Assembly (NCBI RefSeq): GCF_018977255.1
Contig: NW_024704743.1
Location: forward strand, 109,308,001-109,372,000
From: Callorhinchus milii
Lineage: Eukaryota
DNA length: 64,000 nucleotides
Direction: 5' to 3'
In this document: positions 15,201 through 27,200 of the stretch, one piece after another
Numbering within the stretch: the stretch's first letter is position 1
Layout of the letters: each line of letters starts with the position of its first letter
Notes under the pieces: generated by a model
Database searches by the model: none
What the model was told of the DNA's origin: nothing
What the model saw: the letters and a program-made list of their open reading frames with translations, nothing else
Made by a program: the position numbers and the translations under genes

Positions 15201-18200
15201 AGCATCATGGATAACCAGAACAGAATAGGATACAATTTAAAAAGGTAAAGCACAATGCGTGGTTATGTGACAAACAGAAGACATTTTTAAAAAATGATTA
15301 GGTTAAAACCATGAAAATATATTAACACATGATCATCAGCTGAATCAATCCTAATTACGATTAAGTAAATGCATCGATTTTCACACTAGGGAGAGGGAAA
15401 TAGAAGGGTAGGGAGTGAGTAAGGAACAGGTGAAGACGCACGTGGAGGAAATGCACTGGCATGGACTGATTGGGCCAAGTGGCCTGTTTCCATGCTGTAC
15501 ATCCTTTGTAAATTTGCTTGAAAACAAACAAAAGTTGGTCTCTTACTCACTTGAGGAAATCCTGCTGTGTCTTGAACATTCTCTATACAGCCCTCTTCTG
15601 TACCCAAGTACTGATGACCTTGGGCCTTAGAAATAAAATACATCAGTTTTACATCACTTTTAATGGCGATTTTTTAAAAAAAAGTGCAAAATAACAGTCC
15701 CCCAAAAAAGGAATTGTATGGAAAACTGACAAAAAACGAACAAGCAATTTACCTGGGTGGGCACAGGAATGAAAAACTGGTTTTCGAACTGCATGGGGTT
15801 CAAAGGAGCCCTGGGTGCTTTAGGTTGAACACCAGAAATAGACAAGTCACATTTGGGCACTGTTTGCAGATATCCCTCCTGCTCCACCTTCCTTCTCATT
15901 GTAGAATTCCAATGGTTCTTGATTGAATTATCTGTCCTATGTGGATTTACAGCAATGGAATATTTAAAAACAATTGGTTATCAGTAATGCAAAATGTCAA
16001 ACTTGTGGCACAAGCATAGCAACATTAATTTTATACATCTGACCTACTGACCAAATCAACACTTTCATTACGTCTGGCTTGACTACACCAGCTCCCTGCT
16101 CACTGGACTTCCCAACTCTTTCCTCCACAAGCTGCAGATTATTCAGAACTCTGCAGCTCGTGTCCTCTCCCACACCAGGCTCGCCACACTTCTTGCCCCA
16201 CCATTGGCGGTCAGACATTCAGCATCTCTTCTCCCGCACTCTAGAACTCTATCCCGCAATCCCTCTGCCTCACCCGCTCTCTTGCCTCCCCGCCTGAAGA
16301 ACTTCCTCTTCGATTGTGCCTTCGGCCACCCTCCGACACCCACCCCCCTGCTCTCCTCTCCTTCTGACCCCAACTCTGGTCTAAAACCCGATTGTCCAGC
16401 GCCCTGGGACATCTTTCCAAAGTTAAGGTGCTGTACAAGTGTAATTTGTTGTTGTATTGTACAAACGAACTAGAAGTTATACTAACTACAACAACGACTT
16501 GCACTTACATTATGTACATGGGGTAGAGTGCAAGAGACTTAAGTAATAAGTAAAAAAAGTTCCATTTCACATTCCTCACAAAAGCAAAACAGCTTAATGA
16601 ATTCTCTCAATCTTTCTGAGTGAAATAGATATAACGTTAGATCACGTGATGGAACATACCTTCCAGGAAGCAATTTTGCAATTTCAGCCCAACGATTTCC
16701 TAGACGTTTGTGTGCATCATAAATTATCTTGTCTTCTTCCTCTGTCCAGGAAGATTTTTTAACTTCAGGATTTAAATGATTGTGCCATCTTTCACGGCAC
16801 TGCTTTCCAATCCTGCCTTTTAAGTATTTAGCAATCAATGACCAACGTTTTGGACCATACTTCTGAACTAAGTCAATTACCTAGAGAGGGGAAAATAAAC
16901 ATATAATAGGGTCACATGATGACAACCTAATTTACTTTATATTGGATTCAATTTCATGCAAGTGTCTGATTAAAGTCAATCACAGGAGAAAATACATGCT
17001 AGAGCAAAATAAGTTTATTTTTAATAATAAAAAGACAAGCTTGCCATAACCAAATAGCTTCAGAGCAGGCCCCCTCTCCATCCAATCACAAGGCCATTTC
17101 ATGGCACATCTCTGGAGTAAATCAATTAGTTTGAAAAACTACAGCAGTAGAATATCTGCTATCACCTTCAGATAGTTGGACCACAAATTAACATCAGGAA
17201 ATGGAATATGCATTGAACTTTTCTTACAAAGCTAAGATGTATTGCCATGAATTCTAGACCTACATTTACAAGAAATGTGCCATGTGGATCTCTAGAAGCA
17301 ACCGACTATTTTGAACATTTCCTCCTGCACCCATTCAAAAAGATGAATGAAAGGCAATTTTATAAAATAGGATTATGGAAAATGTTTGAACTAATTTTAC
17401 AGTCTGAAGCATTTTTTAAATTAATTTCAGGCATTCTACACTCTTCCATTACCTTTTGATCTTCCTCCTTAGTCCACGGCCCTTTTATTAGCTCTGGATT
17501 CAGAACCTTTTGCCATCTATGCTGACACTGAACATCTGTGCGGTTCTGTAACATTCCAAAAAAATTGCTTCATCAAACTTATATTGTGCAATTGATTTTT
17601 ATAATGAACTTTCTTGATTAGTGTGTGCAATTTCTCTACTACTTTAATATGTGCACAGGTTCTAAAATATATAGAAATTTATAAAAGACTATATAGCAAA
17701 CGAAAATATTCAGCAAGTTTCCCACCTCCAATAAACTATCAAACCCCAGTGTAAAGTTATGTAGACGTTGGCAGAGAAGATAAGGCTTGAATGTGATGCC
17801 ACAATACTCGAATGGTTTTGACAATACTTGGGAAAGTTTCAGACGAAAGTAGCCAACGAAGAAGATCCAAGCTTTGAATAAAACTAAGTTCCTGTCTTAA
17901 TCTAGACTTCATTGTTCATACAGAAAAAAGTGTTTTTCAAAGCAAATATCAGAGCATTGCAATCATCATCATTTAAAATTCCAGACGACTTTCACTTACA
18001 ACAAAATGATTAGCAATGAAATTCCAATCTTCTGTTCCATTTTCTTCAACAAGCTTCTTCAGCTTTTCATCCTGTTCAGCATAAACAAGAGCTCAATGAC
18101 AATACATCGGAAATGCAAAGGTAATGATAGATGGAAACTACTTCATAACCACAATAAATCAGAACATTTCCAGTTATTCATCTGAGAATAATTGCATCTT

Positions 18201-21200
18201 AATTGGTATCATCATTATTTTTTAAAAACTAAAATGGACATTTAGGTACATTAGTAATGAGATTAAACAAATTCCTTTTGAATTTCATTTTCAAAGTTAA
18301 ACAAAGATTTATACCTTCACCATTTTAAAGCAAGAACTTTTATTTTCAACTGTAAATGATAAACAAAAATTATGCACATATTCTCCTAGGATCATTCAGA
18401 TTTACCTCATCAGGTGTCCATTTAACTTTGTTACAGAGCTTCTTTCCACCTTTTTGCTGAGGCATCTCGTAGTCACGATCTTGGAATTGATGCTCTTCCT
18501 CATCATCCTCACTGTTTCCAAAACAAACACTTACATTATATAGTTACTTACATTATATTACATTACTACCGTGTCTATTTATACACCAGTTAACATTCAA
18601 TTGAGGAGTCCACTGAAATAATCCCTGCATTTGATATCAAGTTGTTGAATGCCTCAAAGTGCTTCACGGGATTTACAGCAGAATGTAGTACCGTACTTTT
18701 ACAGCAATTCTGGCAGCCAATTTGCACACAGCAATGTCCCACAAACAGCCATGAAGTGAATTACTAATTTTACTAATGGAGGACTGTTGACCAGGACAGC
18801 AAGAGAAATTTTCTTGAATAATGATATAGGATCATTAACATTCACCTGAGCAGGTGGGACCTCAGTTTACAACAACAACAACAAGATTCCATTTATAGAG
18901 CGCCTTTCACGTCAGGAGGACGTCCCAAGGCGCTGTACAGTTGGGTCATGACCCGAGCAAGGGGGAAATGGTCAGGGTGAGGGAAGGGAAGGGAGGGAGC
19001 GAGGAGGGGGTAGAGAGTCGAGAGGGGAGCTGAAGGCTCGGTCAAAGAGAAAGGTCTTGAGACCGGCCTTGAAGGAGGAAAGGGAGGAGGCAGCGAAGGC
19101 ACTGGGGGATAGAGTTTAACATTTCAAGAACAACAAATTGCATTGATGGAGCATCTTACATCGTGACGACATCCTAAGATGCTGGATCTTATCTGAAGGA
19201 TAGACGTCAGGCCCAGGGAGGAATATTCAATTATTTCACATCTTACCACAATTCCCACATTTGTGATAAAACAGGTTTGTATACTCATATAAAAGATATT
19301 CAGACTCCTTATTAAACCCCACTTTTGTTAGGAACCAGAAAGCATCAAGTATCTATACGGTAGTTAACAGAACTTGGATTTGTAATGGCGCCTTTCACGT
19401 CCCAAGGCTTTAGTCCTGAAATGTCTAGTGTAAGTATCCATGGGATGCACATGCAATGTAATAGAATTATCACCAACGATCATCATGTGGGACATTCAAT
19501 GCCTCAGATTCTTTCAATGTACATCAAGGCTTTGTTCACTTGACTAAAATGTTGCACACTATATTGAAGAAAATCACTGATGGCAACCTGTGCTAACAGT
19601 CATCCACAACAACAACTTGCTTTTATATGGTGCCCTACATGCCTGGCGGCATCCCAGAGCGCTTAAAAATGGTGGAGCCCAATGCCGAGCCTATAGCTAT
19701 TTATCTAAAAAGTTTTGTTGGATCAAAGAAGGGACTCCAGAATTTATGAATATAGCCCTAGTTTATTCAGCCTATCCTCATAGGTCAGTCCCCTCATCCC
19801 AGGAACTAACCGAGTGAATCTATGCTGCAACCCCTCCAGGGCAAGTATCTCCTTTTTTAAATAAGGAGACCAAAACTGCACACAATACTCTAGGTGCGGT
19901 CTCACCAAAGCCCAATACAGTTGCAGCAAGACTTCCCTACTCTTGCACTCTAAACCTTTTGCAATGAACGCTAACATGCCGTTCGCCTTCTTAGTTGCTT
20001 GCTGCACCTCCAAACTAACTTTTTGAGACTGATGTACAAGGACACCCAAATCCCTCTGCACTCTAAACTATTTAATCTCTCCCCTTCTAGAAAATAATCT
20101 GCTTTTCTATTTTTTCTACCAAGGTGAATAACTTCACACTTCCCCACATTAAATTCCATCTGCCACCTACTCGCCCACTCCCCTAGCCTATCTATATCCC
20201 ATTGCAATCTTTTTGCATCATCCTCAGAGCTTACTCTCCCACTTAGTTTAGTGTCATCCTCGAATTTAGATACATTACATTCAATGTCCTCGTCTAGATC
20301 ATTGATGTAAATTGTAAATAGCTGAGGCCCAAGCACTGATCCTTGTGGCACTCCACTAGTCACATCCTGCCAATTCGAGAATGACCCGTTTATCCTTACT
20401 CTCTGTTTTCTACCCGTTAGCCACTCTTCAATCCATGCTCAGTCCTTGAACATCTTCAAGGCTGAGACTGATTGATTTTTTAAAAAAAGAGGGATTAAGG
20501 GATATGGGGATAGGGCAGGTAATTAGAGTTAGGTCTGAAGATCAGCCATGATCTTATTGAATGGCAGGGCAGGCTCGAGGGGCCAAATGGCCTACTCCTG
20601 CTCCTAATTCCTATGTTCTTATGAGGTTTACCCACAACAGGGATGGAAATTCCAATTGTGTATGAAGTCTGATGAGAATTACTTATCGAGTGGGAATAAG
20701 CTGCCTTGTTGATTAAAATTACATCTGGTCTGTACTGCTATTCATACTCTACGTGAGCTCCACCCCTCCTATTCCCTCTTCCATAGCTCTCCATTCAGTT
20801 TTTCGTTATGCATGCATTTTGAACATCAGAGTAGGAATCAAAAGCTGAAAGCAAAATGTGATCCTTCTCCTCTTTATCAGCACAAGAACAGTCACAATTC
20901 CCCATAACACTTTAAAATAACCCTTTCTATTGAAATTCATGCTCACTGCTAATTTTTCTAGTGGTGATAAGTAAACATTTAAGTGATTATAGACCAAGGA
21001 ATGTATTATAGAGCCTATCAAGAACCATTTATAGAGGTAATAATGTTTGAAACATTACTCATTTTGTTTGTGCTTCATTTATACAACAACAACAAAATTA
21101 CATTTGTATACAACAACAAAATTACATTTATAGAGCGCCTTTCAAGTCAGGAGGACATCCCAAAGCGCTGAACAGTCAGGTGTTGGGGCCTGAGCATGGG

Positions 21201-24200
21201 GGAAGCGTGGTGTAGGGTTGAGGAAAAGCAGAGAGGTGGGAGGGAGACCAAAGACACGATCGAAGAAAAGGGTCTGGAGACTTGAAGGAGGCAAGGGAGG
21301 AAGTGAGGCGAAGGGATCGTGGGATGGAGTTCCAGAGTGTAGGTGTAGAGAGGCTGAAAGCCGGGCCACTGATATTAGGGCGGGTCAGGTGGGAGACATG
21401 GAGCAGGCTGGAGCTCCATGAACGGAGGGAGCGGACAGGTTGGTAGGGAGTCAGCAGGTCAGAGAGGTAGGAGGGGGCACGGCCAATGTTGGCTTTAAAG
21501 GTAAGGACGAGAATCTTGAACTCAATCCTCTGGGGAGCCAGTATAGCACCTTTCATGTTGAGAAGACGTCCCAAGGTGCTGGAGAATCGGGGGGGGTGGA
21601 AACAGGTTGATCAGGTTGCGGGATGGAGTTCCAGAGGGTGGGGGCAGAGTGGCAGAAGGCCCACCTGCCAATGGTGGGGTGGGCGAGGCGGGGGAAGCGA
21701 AGCAGGCTGGAGCCTGCTGAGCGGAGGGAGCGGGCAAGATTGTTGGGGGTTAGGTGGTCGCAGAGGTAATGGGGGAGGGAGGCCATGGAGGGCTTTGAAG
21801 GTGAGGAAAATTTTGAAATTCTTATAGACTAAAATATTTCAACCTAAACCATAAAGCAACCATAGTATGGTAATGGAGGAAAGAAAGGAAATAAGTTTTA
21901 TGTTAAATAATTACACATTACTTCCTCAACCCCATCCCCCACCCCATGGTAATACTGGAGACTAAACTTGCATTAAGTATTTTGTTGCTTTTAAGCACTC
22001 AACTGGAAAAGCTTGAAATGCACTTGGTTTATGTTATACATTTCAATTCATATTTGTAGATCAAATTAGAAAAGCTCCTAACAAGAATGAATGGCATAAC
22101 AACCTGCTCACAATGGACCTTGGGACAACCCACCTTCCTCATAGCCTCTTATTATGCTGAAGATCAATGAAAAAGAAGGAACAACAACAAATTACATTTC
22201 TATAGCGCCTTTCATGTCAGGAGGATGTTCCAAGGCGCTGGACAGACAGGGATACGCACCCGAGCTGGTGGCTGGGATCAGAAGGGGTGGAGGGCGGGGA
22301 GGGTAGGGGTAGGAAGGTGACCAAAGGCACGGTCAAACAGCCGGGTCTTGAGACAGGTCATGAAGGAGGCAAGGGAGGGGGTGAGGTGGAGGGACAGTGG
22401 AATGCAGTTCCAGAGGGTGGAGGCAGATAGACTGAAGGCCTACCCGCCAATGATGGGGCGGGCAAGGCGGGCGACGTGAAGCAGGCGGGAGCGGACAGGT
22501 TGGTAGGGGGTTGGGAGGTTCACAGATGTAGGGAGGAACGAAGCAGTGGAGGAACAACACAAATGAACTGACATTAAATGAAGGCCCAGAATTACATGGA
22601 ACAGCAGGTCTTCCAAAGGCCATGAGTGGCCTCTTGGCTTTTCAGGTACTACAAAGGTAAAGGTCTTGTGCGCCTACATAAAGTATTTGCAATAGAGCAA
22701 GTGACACCACGTTCTACAGATACCGAATCAGAGTCCAGTCCACTACTGCTTCCCACTATACAAGTATGATTTACACTATCACTCTTCTTTTCCTCCACCC
22801 TTCCTCACTATTATTTGAACATATATCAGGTCCACTGTCAAGCTGAACTGCAACACTTCGAAAAGTACTTAATGACTAAATATTTATACCATGGCCTTCA
22901 TTGTGCAGCACGAGAGAACACCCACAACGGTATAATTTTCGTTCCAAAGATGGTCTAAGAGAATATGCTCATTTTTTGAACTCTAACAGCTGTATATTCC
23001 CTTCACCTGCAGTGACCAAGTGTTCCCTTAGCAACCGCACAGCTTCCAATGACCGGGAGATCCAAATAGAATAGTTCCTTAGAGCCACAGCCTTAGCAAC
23101 AGAACCAAGTTTTCTTTTGACTTTTGGACAATATGCATCTAGACACGACCTCTAGACTTAAACCATGGTAAGCCTCCAATTCGCTTCAGTTCAAGCTTTT
23201 GAATCCCCCAAAACTTTACATTTATTCTGGATTGTATCAGCAATGTGAACAGAACTGCTTGATAACGATTTTTAATCTAATAGTACACACATCTTACAAA
23301 TATTCATAACCCCGTTTAAGCCACTGAAATAATTTAACAATGAACTCTTGGGTTGAGAAACATAACTCCAGAAGGCTTCTAGGCATCATAACTGAAATAT
23401 TTTACAACCCACACAACTGTATTTGAATAAGTTACAATGCTATTTTCCCCTTGCATATTCCATGGTTGAAATTTCAAAAGTGATCCAAATTATGTATTTT
23501 TTCTGTATGTATTTTTGTACTTTTTTTTCTGTTCTTCTCTAAAGAGTTTAGAATTCAATGTCCATCTCCTGGGTGTCCATCTCCTGGGCCTTCTCACCCA
23601 GTTACCTTCTGGTGGGAACCCAGATCATGTATGTCAGCAGGATATTGAACCCTGGGAAAAAAAAGGGGGGGGGCAGTAGAAAAAGAGAGACTAATCCTTA
23701 CCTATCCACACTCACATCCTTTCAGCAGGAGTTGTAGAATAACCACTAAGAGTGGGAAATTGGTCTGATTTTTGTCTACCTCAAACCAAGCTTAACAGAA
23801 GCATAAATTGCTGCTCAAGATGAAATTGATGACCCTGCTGACATAGGCAAAAATTTATACTTAATCCACACTTTTCAAATAGGAAGAGAATTCTCATAGC
23901 ATTTTTCAGAGAATGAGTGGAAGTCTGAGCAGGATAGGAGATTGGGGGGAGGGCGGCAGAGTAGGAGGCAAGTGACTAAAGGATGGGAGAATTTACCAAA
24001 TTGTAGTTTTAGTATGTTTTAAGTAGATATAAAAACTATTTGCAAAAACTATCTGGAAAAATTGTTTCTTTAGAAACAGGAGGTCAAAGAGTACAAAATA
24101 CATTGTTGCACCCACAAAATATGCAGTCAATACACTTTACAGTATATTCTATGAAGAGCTTTGAGACCTCTCAAAGATGTGATAAGATGCTATATCAAAT

Positions 24201-27200
24201 GCAAGGATTATGATTATTGAAATAGTTGTACATGCAGATAATAATAATAATCCTTGCATTTGATATAGCTCTTTTCACGTCTTCAACATCTCAAAGCGCT
24301 TCACAAAATAGACTGTAAAGTGAATTGACTGTATATTTCTGGGCGAAATGGGCCCACAATTGCGCACAGCAATGTCCCACAGACAGTCGTAGATTGAAAA
24401 TGACCAATGTATTATTGTTTTTGTTTTGGAGGGATTATTATTAGGCGTGTGGAGTAAGGAAACTTGCCCAAGGTTTCGCCCTCTGCCTGGAATTGAACCC
24501 AGGTGTCTCGCTTGCAAAGCGAGTACTCTAACCACTGAGCTACAGGACTCACTAATTACGCTATATTGATTTCAAATCACAATTCAAAACTCTTGAATTA
24601 CAGTGTAATGTTAACAACATTAGTGAAGTAAACGTTCTGTGTTCAATATATATTAAAACAATAGCTTCAATTTCAGATTAGCATTGTAAAAGGGACACTA
24701 TGAAAATATTTACATATTCATGTTAGATACATAAACCACTACAAATGCCCACCTGCAGGTTTCTTATGTAAACTGAGAGGTAAGAATCTCGTTCAGTATA
24801 AGTAAGAAATACCAGTTCTTCCGACCTCCCTAACAACAAGAACAGAATTTTTACGGAGTAAACCAACAGATTATTCAATGTGGTACAAAGTTCAACAAAT
24901 CTGGAACCAAATGGTCAACGAGAATGAGATACTGCATCTTTAATAAGCAAAATGGGACTTTGAATGAATTGCAAAAACATACAATTTGCTCTCATTCCAT
25001 ATCCAATATCGGCTTTTAAAACAGGCATACATATTTTGCATTCTCAATTTGGTCTGTAAACGTTCAGTCCAAATGAAAGAGCAGAAAAAGATTATTTGCC
25101 TAAATCCATTACTATCCATTTGATTCTTGAATTCAGGGCTGATGATATATTTCCCACAAGTCAAATCTTGCAAATCTTTCACGGAGCCAAGTTCCAGAGG
25201 ACAGTACTAAGTAATAGTGATGTCAAACACCACCATCCATGAAATTATCAAAACAAAAATTAAAGCAAATAGCAGACCAGTCTCAGCGGAAGAAATACAG
25301 GCAGGTGAATGATAATGTATTAAGTAATACTCCAGGAACAGAATTCCAAATCAGGCTGACATCAGATATCAGCATCCATTAAAGATATAAGATTTCAACT
25401 ATGAAAATGCGACAATCTGTGATGCATGCACAATCACATTGATAAGCCTGACGAGGAGTGGTAATGCGGCAGGGGGAGGGAGGGAATCAACAGCTGTGCT
25501 TTGTATTAAAAACTCTCAGATTCAGGGACTGGGATTGTGCATTGTCCTTTTATCTTTGGGACCCTAGCATCAATAGAGCCCATGCGAATTGAGATGAAAG
25601 CTTTCTCTCTAATGCTACAAAATGTTCCCCATTAAATGACTTTGGGTAGCCTCAATCTAGTACTTAGTCATAGTAGATCCAAAGGGGAAAATAACAATTT
25701 CATGAATTGAGTCTCAGAAAGAACATAATATGGATTATTTTGCGTGAAAAAATCATCATGGTTTCAAAAGTGTTTTGAATGAATTGAGGTTAAGATACAC
25801 TTTGAGGCAGAGTAGATTGGGCCTTTCTCTGTATCTGACCTGACAAATCAATAGTAAACAAGGGTGAGAAAAAAGGAAGAAAGATTAGAATATAATATTC
25901 CTTTATTTCCTACCTCTGAGATTTCCCATTTTTGTAGAACTCAAAAATTCAAATTTAAAACAAACAGCTTCAGAATTTGGTGCTACAAGCAGTTGTGGGG
26001 CCTCAAGTAAAGTATTTAGTATACATTCAGCTTTCATTTATAGCCACTGATACAACTTGCATTTCAATATCATACATTGGTGATGTTTACAGTGACAGTT
26101 TTCAGTCATCTAAACTAGTGTGATTGAAAAATTGTATTAGTTGCAAGGTAATGCCAGATGCAGTGAGTTAGTACAGTGATTTTAAAAATTAGTTACACAG
26201 CAGGATTACATAGAACATACAGCAGAAACAGGCCATTCGGCCCAACTGGTCTATGCCAGAGTTTATGCTCCACATGAGCCTCCTCCTGCCCTTCCTGAAC
26301 TAAGCCTATCAGCATAACCTTCTATTTCTTTCTCCCTCATGTACTTATCTAGCTTCCCCTTAAATGCATCTATGCTAAACAGATGATGCTGAAGAGATTT
26401 TCATCCCTTTTGTTTACAAGCAAGGAATCCGGTAATGCCCTGGTAATTACTTTCCCTCTAAATCTGTATCTGATCTTCAATCATAATTTCTACCATCTAA
26501 ACCCAAGCGTTCTATGACACCACACTGGTGCTTTAACACATAATGGCATTCTGCCATCCAAGTTCAAATCACGATTAACTACACATTCAATTACTGAATT
26601 TCAATAATATTCCCTCAAAAAAATAATAAATTGGTCATTTCAATCCATGACTGTTTGTGGGACGCCGCTGTGCGCAATTGGCTGCCGCATTTTGCCCAAA
26701 AATATACCATCAATTCGCTTTACAGTCTATTCTGTGAAGCGCTTTAAGACGTCTAGAAGATGTGAAAAAGCGCTATATCAAATGCAAGGATTATTATTAT
26801 TATTAATTTCAATATCACATTTACTATCTTTCCACACAGGATTCTAAATTCATAATCACCTACACCGTTAGTTATATTTACTCGTATGCAGGTACATATT
26901 CCTGTTGAAATAATACTCACAGGATTTTAATTGCCATTGTACTAGAAGTGTCTTGTTTCTCTCCCCCTCCACACCACTCAAAGTCACACACACGCACTAT
27001 TAGGATTACAATGAAGAGGACTCTCTCAACAACAAATCTGGCAAACCTAGTCTAGGAAGGCCTCAGGTCTTTTTTGGGAGCCCAGAATCACAGCTCCTTC
27101 GCCTATACCACAGATTTGATGTAAACCTATTTATATACGGCAACTGCACCTTTTTGAAAGAATATGCCAGAATACAAAGTGTCTGAAAATTGTGTCAAAC

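Noticed and set aside
20668..20700. CTGATGAG hammerhead-like start
   Set aside because: No GAAA or helix II follows
23559..23588. Short tandem duplications (also about 34100-34141 and 39642-39681)
   Set aside because: Two-copy slippage events; no array or spacer structure, not CRISPR-like
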